From: Auanema rhodensis
Taxonomy: Eukaryota; Animalia; Nematoda
Direction of reading: 5' to 3'
DNA: 64,000 nt
Assembly (NCBI GenBank): GCA_964057225.1
Contig: OZ059897.1
Location: forward strand, 5,084,001 to 5,148,000
Shown: one piece after another, positions 44,001-57,050 of the stretch
Layout: each line of letters starts with the position of its first letter
Position numbering within the stretch: position 1 is the stretch's first letter
Notes under the pieces: generated by a model
The model's database searches: none
What the model was told of the DNA's origin: nothing
Seen by the model: only the letters and a program-made list of their open reading frames with translations
Program-made: the position numbers and the translations under genes

Positions 44001-46842
44001 ATTAAAGTTCACGTAAATTTCAAAGTCATGGTTACCATGCACCAATATCAATAAAAATTTGTTTTTAGACTAATATGGACATGGGGAATCATCTAATTTT
44101 GAAAACCGCATCTCTTTATCTTTCACGTGAAGTGAGTTACATACCAAGTGTACATCACGTGTACATTTAATTAGCATAAATTAAAGTTCACGTAAATTTC
44201 AAACTCATGGTTACCATGCACCAATATCAATAAAAATTTGTTTTTAGACTAATATGGACATGGGGAATCTAATTTTAAAAACCGCATCTCTTTATCTTTC
44301 ACGTGAAGCAAGTTACATACCAAGTGCACAGCACGTGTACATTTAATTAGCATAAATTAAAGTTCACGTAAATTTCAAAGTCATGGTTACCATGCACCAA
44401 TATCAATAAAAATTTGTTTTTAGACTAATATGAACATGGGGAATCTAATTTTGAAAACCGCATCTCCTTATCTTTCACGTGAAGCAAGTTACATACCAAG
44501 TGCACATCACGTGTACATTTAATTAGCATAAATTAAAGTTCACGTAAATTTCAAAGTCATGGTTACCATGCACCAATATCAATAAAAATTTGTTTTTAGA
44601 CTAATATGAACATGGGGAATCTAATTTTGGAAACCGCATCTCTTTATCTTTTACGTGAAGCGAGTTACATACCAAGTGCACATCACGTGCACATTTAATT
44701 AGCATAAATTAAAGTTCACGTAAATTTCAAAGTCATGGTTACCATGCACCAATATCAATAAAAATTTGTTTTTAGACTAATATGGACATGGGGAATCTAA
44801 TTTTGGAAACCGCATCTCTTTATCTTTCACGTGAAGCAAGTTACATACCAAGTGCACATCACGTGCACATTTAATTAGCATAAATTAAAGTTCACGTAAA
44901 TTTCAAACTCATGGTTACCATGCACCAATATCAATAAAAAATTGTTTTTAGACTAATATGGACATGGGAAATCTAATTTTGGAAACCGCATCTCTTTATC
45001 TTTTACGTGAAGCGAGTTACATACCAAGTGCACATCACGTGCACATTTAATTAGCATAAATTAAAGTTCACGTAAATTTCAAAGTCATGGTTACCATGCA
45101 CCAATATCAATAAAAATTTGTTTTTAGACTAATATGGACATGGGGAATCTAATTTTGAAAACCGCATCTCCTTATCTTTCACGTGAAGCAAGTTACATAC
45201 CAAGTGCACATCACGTGTACATTTAATTAGCATAAATTGAAGTTCACGTGAATTTCAAACTCATGGTTACCATGCACCAATATCAATAACAATTTGTTTT
45301 TAGACTAATATGGACATGGGGAATCTAATTTTGAAAACCGCATCTCTTTATCTTACACGTGAAGCAAGTTACATACCAAGTGCACAGCACGTGTACATTT
45401 AATTAGCATAAATTAAAGTTCACGTAAATTTCAAAGTCATGGTTACCATGCACCAATATCAATAAAAATTTGTTTTTAGACTAATATGAACATGGGGAAT
45501 CTAATTTTGGAAACCGCATCTCTTCATCTTTTACGTGAAGCGAGTTACATACCAAGTGCACATCACGTGCACATTTAATTAGCATAAATTAAAGTTCACG
45601 TAAATTTCAAAGTCATGGTTACCATGCACCAATATCAATAAAAATTTGTTTTTAGACTAATATGGACATGGGGAATCTAATTTTGAAAACCGCATCTCTT
45701 TATCTTTCACGTGAAGCAAGTTACATACCAAGTGCACATCACGTGTACATTTAATTAGCATAAATTAAAGTTCAGGTAAATTTCAAAGTCATGGTTACCA
45801 TGCACCAATATCAATAAAAATTTGTTTTTAGACTAATATAGAAATGGGGAATCTAATTTTGAAAACCGCATCTCTTTATCTTTCACGTGAAGCGAGTTAC
45901 ATACCAAGTGCACATCACGTGTACATTTAATTAGCATAAATTAAAGTTCACGTAAATTTCAAAATCATGGTTACCATGCACCAATATCAATAAAAATTTG
46001 TTTTTAGACTAATATGGACATGGGGAATCTAATTTTGAAAACCGCATCTCTTTATCTTTCATGTGAAGCAAGTTACATACCAAGTGCACATCGCTTGTAC
46101 ATTTAATTAGCATAAATTAAAGTTCACGTAAATTTCAAAGTCATGGTTACCATGCACCAATATCAATAAAAATTTGTTTTTAGACTAATATGGACATGGG
46201 GAATCTAATTTTGGAAACCGCATCTCTTTATCTTTCACGTGAAGCAAGTTACATACCAAGTGCACATCACGTGCACATTTAATTAGCATAAATTAAAGTT
46301 CACGTAAATTTCAAACTCATGGTTACCATGCACCAATATCAATAAAAATTTGTTTTTAGACTAATATGGACATGTGGAATCTAATTTTGAAAACCGCATC
46401 TCTTTATCTTTCATGTGAAGCAAGTTACATACCAAGTGCACATCGCTTGTACATTTAATTAGCATAAATTAAAGTTCACGTAAATTTCAAAGTCATGGTT
46501 ACCATGCACCAATATCAATAAAAATTTGTTTTTAGACTAATATGAACATGGGGAATCTAATTTTGAAAATCGCATCTCTTTATCTTTCACGTGAAGCAAG
46601 TTACATACCAAGTGCACAGCACGTGTACATTTAATTAGCATAAATTAAAGTTCACGTAAATTTCAAAGTCATGGTTACCATGCAACAATATCAATAAAAA
46701 TTTGTTTTTAGACTAATATGGACATGTGGAATCTAATTTTGGAAACCGCATCTCTTTATCTTTCACGTGAAGCAAGTTACATACCAAGTGCACATCACGT
46801 GTACATTTAATTAGCATAAATTAAAGTTCACGTAAATTTCAA
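39439..46842. repeat. Near-perfect 21-monomer (3702 bp) tandem duplication (39439-43140 / 43141-46842)
   Basis: Variants AAGTTCACAG (39741/43443), TTACACGT, CAGGTA, TATAGAAATGG, TCGCTTGTAC (twice per copy), CAACAAT and two ATC insertions all recur at +3702. Confidence 0.93.
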
Positions 46843-49800
46843 AGTCATGGTTACCATGCACTAATATCAATAAAAATTTGTTTTTAGACTAATATGGACA
46901 TGGAGAATCTAATTTTGGAAACCGCATCTCTTTATCTTTCACGTGAAGCGAGTTACATACCAAGTGCACATCACGTGTACATTTAATTAGCATAAATTAA
47001 AGTTCACGTAAATTTCAAAGTCATGGTTACCATGCACCAATATCAATAAAAATTTGTTTTTAGACTAATATGGACATGTGGAATCTACTTTTGAAAACCG
47101 CATATCTTTATCTTTCACGTGAAGTGAGTTACATACCAAGTGCACATCACGTGTACATTTAATTAGCATAAATTAAAGTTCACGTAAATTTCAAAGTCAT
47201 GGTTACCATGCACCAATATCAATAAAAATTTGTTTTTAGACTAATATGGACATGTGGAATCTAATTTTGGAAACCGCATCTCTTTATCTTTCACGTGAAG
47301 CAAGTTACATACCAAGTGCACATCACGTGTACATTTAATTAGCATAAATTAAAGTTCACGTAAATTTCAAAGTCATGGTTACCATGCACTAATATCAATA
47401 AAAATTTGTTTTTAGACTAATATGGACATGGAGAATCTAATTTTGGAAACCGCATCTCTTTATCTTTCACGTGAAGCAAGTTACATACCAAGTGCACATC
47501 ACGTGTACATTTAATTAGCATAAATTAAAGTTCACGTAAATTTCAAAGTCATGGTTACCATGCACTAATATCAATAAAAATTTGTTTTTAGACTAATATG
47601 GACATGGAGAATCTAATTTTGGAAACCGCATCTCTTTATCTTTCACGTGAAGCGAGTTACATACCAAGTGCACATCACGTGTACATTTAATTAGCATAAA
47701 TTAAAGTTCACGTAAATTTCAAAGTCATGGTTACCATGCACCAATATCAATAAAAATTTGTTTTTAGACTAATATGGACATGTGGAATCTACTTTTGAAA
47801 ACCGCATCTCTTTATCTTTCACGTGAAGTGAGTTACATACCAAGTGCACATCACGTGTTCATTTAATTAGCATAAATTAAAGTTCACGTAAATTTCAAAC
47901 TCATGGTTACCATGCACCAATATCAATAAAAATTTGTTTTTAGACTAATATGAACATGGGGAATCTAATTTTGAAAATCGCATCTTTTTATCTTTCACGT
48001 GAAGCGAGCTACATACCCAGTGCACATCACGTGCACATTTAATTAGCATAAATTAAAGTTCACGTAAATTTCAAAGTCATGGTTACCATGCACCAATATC
48101 AATAAAAATTTGTTTTTAGACTAATATGAACATGGGGAATCTAATTTTGAAAATCGCATCTCTTTATCTTTCACGTGAAGCAAGTTACATACCAAGTGCA
48201 CAGCACGTGTACATTTAATTAGCATAAATTAAAGTTCACGTAAATTTCAAAGTCATGGTTGCCATGCACCAATATCAATAAAAATTTGTTTTTAGACTAA
48301 TATGGACATGGGGAATCTAATTTTGGAAACCGCATCTCTTTATCTTTCACGTGAAGCAAGTTAGATACCAAGTGCACATCACGTGCACATTTAATTAGCA
48401 TAAATTAAAGTTCACGTAAATTTCAAACTCATGGTTACCATGCACCAATATCAATAAAAATTTGTTTTTAGACTAATATGGACATGTGGAATCTAATTTT
48501 GAAAACCGCATCTCTTTATCTTTCACGTGAAGTGAGTTACATACCAAGTGCACATCACGTGTACATTTAATTAGCATAAATTAAAGTTCACGTAAATTTC
48601 AAAGTCATGGTTACCATGAACCAATATCAATAAAAATTTGTTTTTAGACTAATATGGACATGTGGAATCTAATTTTAAAAACCGCATCTCTTTATCTTTC
48701 ACGTGAAGTGAGTTACATACCAAGTGCACATCACGTGTACATTTAATTAGCATAAATTAAAGTTCACGTAAATTTCAAAGTCATGGTTACCATGCACTAA
48801 TATCAATAAAAATTTGTTTTTAGACTAATATGGACATGAGGAATCTAATTTTGAAAACCGCATCTCTATATCTTTCACGTGAAGCGAGTTACATACCAAG
48901 TGCACTTCACGTGTACATTTAATTAGCATAAATTAAAGTTCACGTAAATTTCAAAGTCATGGTTACCATGCACTAATATCAATAAAAATTTGTTTTTAGA
49001 CTAATATGAACATGGGGAATCTAATTTTGAAAATCGCATCTCTTTATCTTTCACGTGAAGCGAGTTACATACCCAGTGCACATCACGTGCACATTTAATT
49101 AGCATAAATTAAAGTTCACGTAAATTTCAGAGTCATGGTTACCATGCACCAATATCAATAAAAATTTGTTTTTAGACTAATATGGACATGTGGAATCTAA
49201 TTTTGAAAACCGCATCTCTTTATCTTTCACGTGAAGCAAGTTACATACCAAGTGCACATCACGTGTACATTTAATTAGCATAAATTAAAGTTCACGTAAA
49301 TTTCAAAGTCATGGTTACCATGCACCAATATCAATAAAAATTTGTTTTTAGACAAATATAGACATGGGGAATCTAATTTTGAAAACCGCATCTCTTTATC
49401 TTTCACGTGAAGCAAGTTACATACCAAGTGCACATCACGTGTACATTTAATTAGCATAAATTGAAGTTCACGTGAATTTCAAACTCATGGTTACCATGCA
49501 CCAATATCAATAAAAATTTGTTTTTAGACTAATATGGACATGGGGAATCTAATTTTGGGAACCGCATCTCTTTATCTTTCACGTGAAGCAAGTTAGATAC
49601 CAAGTACACATCACGTGCACATTTAATTAGCATAAATTAAAGTTCACGTAAATTTCAAAGTCATGGTTACCATGCACCAATATCAATAAAAATTTGTTTT
49701 TAGACTAATATGGACATGTGGAATCTAATTTTGAAAACCGCATCTCTTTATCTTTCACGTGAAGTGAGTTACATACCAAGTGCACATCACGTGTACATTT

Positions 49801-51066
49801 AATTAGCATAAATTAAAGTTCACGTAAATTTCAAAGTCATGGTTACCATGCACTAATATCAATAAAAATTTGTTTTTAGACTAATATGGACATGGGGAAT
49901 CTAATTTTGAAAACCGCATCTCTATATCTTTCACGTGAAGCGAGTTACATACCAAGTGCACATCACGTGTACATTTAATTATCATAAATTAAAGTTCACG
50001 TAAATTTCAAAGTCATGGTTACCATGCACCAATATCAATAAAAATTTGTTTTTAGACTAATATGAACATGGGGAATCTAATTTTGAAAATCGCATCTTTT
50101 TATCTTTCACGTGAAGCGAGCTACATACCCAGTGCACATCACGTGCACATTTAAATAGCATAAATTAAAGTTCACGTAAATTTCAAAGTCATGGTTACCA
50201 TGCACCAATATCAATAAAAATTTGTTTTTAGACTAATATGAACATGGGGAATCTAATTTTGAAAATCGCATCTCTTTATCTTTCACGTGAAGCAAGTTAC
50301 ATACCAAGTGCACAGCACGTGTACATTTAATTAGCATAAATTAAAGTTCACGTAAATTTCAAAGTCATGGTTACCATGCACCAATATCAATAAAAATTTG
50401 TTTTTAGACTAATATGGACATGTGGAATCTAATTTTGGAAACCGCATCTCTTTATCTTTCACGTGAAGCAAGTTACATACCAAGTGCACATCACGTGTAC
50501 ATTTAATTAGCATAAATTAAAGTTCACGTAAATTTCAAAGTCATGGTTACCATGAACCAATATCAATAAAAATTTGTTTTTAGACTAATATGGACATGTG
50601 GAATCTAATTTTAAAAACCGCATCTCTTTATCTTTCACGTGAAGTGAGTTACATACCAAGTGCACATCACGTGTACATTTAATTAGCATAAATTAAAGTT
50701 CACGTAAATTTCAAAGTCATGGTTACCATGCACTAATATCAATAAAAATTTGTTTTTAGACTAATATGGACATGGGGAATCTAATTTTGAAAACCGCATC
50801 TCTATATCTTTCACGTGAAGCGAGTTACATACCAAGTGCACATCACGTGTACATTTAATTAGCATAAATTAAAGTTCACGTAAATTTCAAAGTCATGGTT
50901 ACCATGCACTAATATCAATAAAAATTTGTTTTTAGACTAATATGAACATGGGGAATCTAATTTTGAAAATCGCATCTCTTTATCTTTCACGTGAAGCGAG
51001 TTACATACCCAGTGCACATCACGTGCACATTTAATTAGCATAAATTAAAGTTCACGTAAATTTCAG

Positions 51067-54000
51067 AGTCATGGTTACCATGCACCAATATCAATAAAAA
51101 TTTGTTTTTAGACTAATATGGACATGTGGAATCTAATTTTGAAAACCGCATCTCTTTATCTTTCACGTGAAGTGAGTTACATACCAAGTGCACATCACGT
51201 GTACATTTAATTAGCATAAATTAAAGTTCACGTAAATTTCAAAGTCATGGTTACCATGCACTAATATCAATAAAAATTTGTTTTTAGACTAATATGGACA
51301 TGGGGAATCTAATTTTGAAAACCGCATCTCTATATCTTTCACGTGAAGCGAGTTACATACCAAGTGCACATCACGTGTACATTTAATTAGCATAAATTAA
51401 AGTTCACGTAAATTTCAAAGTCATGGTTACCATGCACTAATATCAATAAAAATTTGTTTTTAGACTAATATGGACATGTGGAATCTAATTTTGAAAACCG
51501 CATCTCTATATCTTTCACGTGAAGCGAGTTACATACCAAGTGCACATCACGTGTACATTTAATTAGCATAAATTAAAGTTCACGTAAATTTCAAAATCAT
51601 GGTTACCATGCACCAATATCCATAAAAATTTGTTTTTAGACTAATATGGACATGTGGAATCTAATTTTGAAAACCGCATCTCTTTATCTTTCACGTGAAG
51701 CGAGTTACATACCAAGTGCACATCACGTGCACATTTAATTAGCATAAATTAAAGTTCACGTAAATTTCAAAGTCATGGTTACCATGCACCAATATCAATA
51801 AAAATTTGTTTTTAGACTAATATGAACATGGGGAATCTAATTTTGAAAATCGCATCTTTTTATCTTTCACGTGAAGCGAGCTACATACCCAGTGCACATC
51901 ACGTGCACATTTAATTAGCATAAATTAAAGTTCACGTAAATTTCAAAGTCATGGTTACCATGCACCAATATCAATAAAAATTTGTTTTTAGACTAATATG
52001 AACATGGGGAATCTAATTTTGAAAATCGCATCTCTTTATCTTTCACGTGAAGCAAGTTACATACCAAGTGCACAGCACGTGTACATTTAATTAGCATAAA
52101 TTAAAGTTCACGTAAATTTCAAAGTCATGGTTACCATGCACCAATATCAATAAAAATTTGTTTTTAGACTAATATGGACATGTGGAATCTAATTTTGGAA
52201 ACCGCATCTCTTTATCTTTCACGTGAAGCAAGTTACATACCAAGTGCACATCACGTGTACATTTAATTAGCATAAATTAAAGTTCACGTAAATTTCAAAG
52301 TCATGGTTACCATGAACCAATATCAATAAAAATTTGTTTTTAGACTAATATGGACATGTGGAATCTAATTTTAAAAACCGCATCTCTTTATCTTTCACGT
52401 GAAGTGAGTTACATACCAAGTGCACATCACGTGTACATTTAATTAGCATAAATTAAAGTTCACGTAAATTTCAAAGTCATGGTTACCATGCACTAATATC
52501 AATAAAAATTTGTTTTTAGACTAATATGGACATGGGGAATCTAATTTTGAAAACCGCATCTCTATATCTTTCACGTGAAGCGAGTTACATACCAAGTGCA
52601 CATCACGTGTACATTTAATTAGCATAAATTAAAGTTCACGTAAATTTCAAAGTCATGGTTACCATGCACTAATATCAATAAAAATTTGTTTTTAGACTAA
52701 TATGAACATGGGGAATCTAATTTTGAAAATCGCATCTCTTTATCTTTCACGTGAAGCGAGTTACATACCCAGTGCACATCACGTGCACATTTAATTAGCA
52801 TAAATTAAAGTTCACGTAAATTTCAGAGTCATGGTTACCATGCACCAATATCAATAAAAATTTGTTTTTAGACTAATATGGACATGGGGAATCTAATTTT
52901 GAAAACCGCATCTCTTTATCTTTCACGTGAAGCAAGTTACATACCAAGTGCACAGCACGTGTACATTTAATTAGCATAAATTAAAGTTCACGTAAATTTC
53001 AAAGTCATGGTTACCATGCACCAATATCAATAAAAATTTGTTTTTAGACTAATATGGACATGGGGAATCTAATTTTGGGAACCGCATCTCTTTATCTTTC
53101 ACGTGAAGCAAGTTAGATACCAAGTACACATCACGTGCACATTTAATTAGCATAAATTAAAGTTCACGTAAATTTCAAAGTCATGGTTACCATGCACCAA
53201 TATCAATAAAAATTTGTTTTTAAACTAATATGGACATGTGGAATCTAATTTTGAAAACCGCATCTCTTTATCTTTCACGTGAAGTGAGTTACATACCAAG
53301 TGCACATCACGTGTACATTTAATTAGCATAAATTAAAGTTCACGTAAATTTCAAAGTCATGGTTACCATGAACCAATATCAATAACAATTTGTTTTTAGA
53401 CTAATATGGACATGTGGAATCTAATTTTGAAAACCGCATCTCTTTATCTTTCACGTGAAGTGAGTTACATACCAAGTGCACATCACGTGTACATTTAATT
53501 AGCATAAATTAAAGTTCACGTAAATTTCAAAGTCATGGTTACCATGAACCAATATCAATAACAATTTGTTTTTAGACTAATATGGACATGTGGAATCTAA
53601 TTTTGGGAACCGCATCTCTTTATCTTTCACGTGAAGCAAGTTAGATACCAAGTACACATCACGTGCACATTTAATTAGCATAAATTAAAGTTCACGTAAA
53701 TTTCAAAGTCATGGTTACCATGCACCAATATCAATAAAAATTTGTTTTTAAACTAATATGGACATGTGGAATCTAATTTTGAAAACCGCATCTCTTTATC
53801 TTTCACGTGAAGTGAGTTACATACCAAGTGCACATCACGTGTACATTTAATTAGCATAAATTAAAGTTCACGTAAATTTCAAAGTCATGGTTACCATGCA
53901 CTAATATCAATAAAAATTTGTTTTTAGACTAATATGAACATGGGGAATCTAATTTTGAAAATCGCATCTCTTTATCTTTCACGTGAAGCGAGTTACATAC

Positions 54001-57000
54001 CCAGTGCACATCACGTGCACATTTAATTAGCATAAATTAAAGTTCACGTAAATTTCAGAGTCATGGTTACCATGCACCAATATCAATAAAAATTTGTTTT
54101 TAGACTAATATGGACATGTGGAATCTAATTTTGAAAACCGCATCTCTTTATCTTTCACGTGAAGTGAGTTACATACCAAGTGCACATCACGTGTACATTT
54201 AATTAGCATAAATTAAAGTTCACGTAAATTTCAAAGTCATGGTTACCATGCACTAATATCAATAAAAATTTGTTTTTAGACTAATATGGACATGGGGAAT
54301 CTAATTTTGAAAACCGCATCTCTATATCTTTCACGTGAAGCGAGTTACATACCAAGTGCACATCACGTGTACATTTAATTAGCATAAATTAAAGTTCACG
54401 TAAATTTCAAAGTCATGGTTACCATGCACCAATATCAATAAAAATTTGTTTTTAGACTAATATGGACATGTGGAATCTAATTTTGAAAACCGCATCTCTT
54501 TATCTTTCACGTGAAGTGAGTTACATACCAAGTGCACATCACGTGTACATTCAATTAGCATAAATTAAAGTTCACGTAAATTTCAAAATCATGGTTACCA
54601 TGCACCAATATCCATAAAAATTTGTTTTTAGACTAATATGGAGATGTGGAATCTAATTTTGAAAACCGCATCTCTTTATCTTTCACGTGAAGCGAGTTAC
54701 ATACCAAGTGCACATCACGTGCACATTTAATTAGCATAAATTAAAGTTCACGTAAATTTCAAAGTCATGGTTACCATGCACCAATATCAATAAAAATTTG
54801 TTTTTAGACTAATATGAACATGGGGAATCTAATTTTGAAAATCGCATCTTTTTATCTTTCACGTGAAGCGAGCTACATACCCAGTGCACATCACGTGCAC
54901 ATTTAATTAGCATAAATTAAAGTTCACGTAAATTTCAAAGTCATGGTTACCATGCACCAATATCAATAAAAATTTGTTTTTAGACTAATATGAACATGGG
55001 GAATCTAATTTTGAAAATCGCATCTCTTTATCTTTCACGTGAAGCAAGTTACATACCAAGTGCACAGCACGTGTACATTTAATTAGCATAAATTAAAGTT
55101 CACGTAAATTTCAAAGTCATGGTTACCATGCACCAATATCAATAAAAATTTGTTTTTAGACTAATATGGACATGTGGAATCTAATTTTGGAAACCGCATC
55201 TCTTTATCTTTCACGTGAAGCAAGTTACATACCAAGTGCACATCACGTGTACATTTAATTAGCATAAATTAAAGTTCACGTAAATTTCAAAGTCATGGTT
55301 ACCATGAACCAATATCAATAAAAATTTGTTTTTAGACTAATATGGACATGTGGAATCTAATTTTAAAAACCGCATCTCTTTATCTTTCACGTGAAGTGAG
55401 TTACATACCAAGTGCACATCACGTGTACATTTAATTAGCATAAATTAAAGTTCACGTAAATTTCAAAGTCATGGTTACCATGCACTAATATCAATAAAAA
55501 TTTGTTTTTAGACTAATATGGACATGGGGAATCTAATTTTGAAAACCGCATCTCTATATCTTTCACGTGAAGCGAGTTACATACCAAGTGCACATCACGT
55601 GTACATTTAATTAGCATAAATTAAAGTTCACGTAAATTTCAAAGTCATGGTTACCATGCACTAATATCAATAAAAATTTGTTTTTAGACTAATATGAACA
55701 TGGGGAATCTAATTTTGAAAATCGCATCTCTTTATCTTTCACGTGAAGCGAGTTACATACCCAGTGCACATCACGTGCACATTTAATTAGCATAAATTAA
55801 AGTTCACGTAAATTTCAGAGTCATGGTTACCATGCACCAATATCAATAAAAATTTGTTTTTAGACTAATATGGACATGTGGAATCTAATTTTGAAAACCG
55901 CATCTCTTTATCTTTCACGTGAAGCAAGTTACATACCAAGTGCACATCACGTGTACATTTAATTAGCATAAATTAAAGTTCACGTAAATTTCAAAGTCAT
56001 GGTTACCATGCACCAATATCAATAAAAATTTGTTTTTAGACTAATATGGACATGGGGAATCTAATTTTGAAAACCGCATCTCTTTATCTTTCACGTGAAG
56101 CAAGTTACATACCAAGTGCACAGCACGTGTACATTTAATTAGCATAAATTAAAGTTCACGTAAATTTCAAAGTCATGGTTACCATGCACCAATATCAATA
56201 AAAATTTGTTTTTAGACTAATATGGACATGGGGAATCTAATTTTGAAAACCGCATCTCTTTATCTTTCACGTGAAGTGAGTTACATACCAAGTGCACATC
56301 ACGTGTACATTTAATTAGCATAAATTAAAGTTCACGTAAATTTCAAAGTCATGGTTACCATGAACCAATATCAATAACAATTTGTTTTTAGACTAATATG
56401 TACATGTGGAATCTAATTTTGAAAACCGCATCTCTTTATCTTTCACGTGAAGTGAGTTACATACCAAGTGCACATCACGTGTACATTTAATTAGCATAAA
56501 TTAAAGTTCACGTAAATTTCAAAGTCATGGTTACCATGAACCAATATCAATAACAATTTGTTTTTAGACTAATATGGACATGTGGAATCTAATTTTGGGA
56601 ACCGCATCTCTTTATCTTTCACGTGAAGCAAGTTAGATACCAAGTACACATCACGTGCACATTTAATTAGCATAAATTAAAGTTCACGTAAATTTCAAAG
56701 TCATGGTTACCATGCACCAATATCAATAAAAATTTGTTTTTAAACTAATATGGACATGTGGAATCTAATTTTGAAAACCGCATCTCTTTATCTTTCACGT
56801 GAAGTGAGTTACATACCAAGTGCACATCACGTGTACATTTAATTAGCATAAATTAAAGTTCACGTAAATTTCAAAGTCATGGTTACCATGCACTAATATC
56901 AATAAAAATTTGTTTTTAGACTAATATGAACATGGGGAATCTAATTTTGAAAATCGCATCTCTTTATCTTTCACGTGAAGCGAGTTACATACCCAGTGCA

Positions 57001-57050
57001 CATCACGTGCACATTTAATTAGCATAAATTAAAGTTCACGTAAATTTCAG
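51067..57050. repeat. Imperfect 17-monomer (10+7; 2992 bp) duplication
   Basis: The TTTCAGAG marker lies at 51066, 52826, 54058, 55818 and 57050 (spacings of 10, 7, 10, 7 monomers). The AATC+TATCCAT monomer occurs at 51595 and 54587. Confidence 0.8.

Noticed and set aside
49275-49457. 60-aa minus-strand ORF from the ORF track
   Set aside because: It spans about one satellite monomer. It is open only because a private T>A at 49354 (GACTAA>GACAAA) turns the usual minus-strand TAG into TTG. There is no recognisable domain or gene context.
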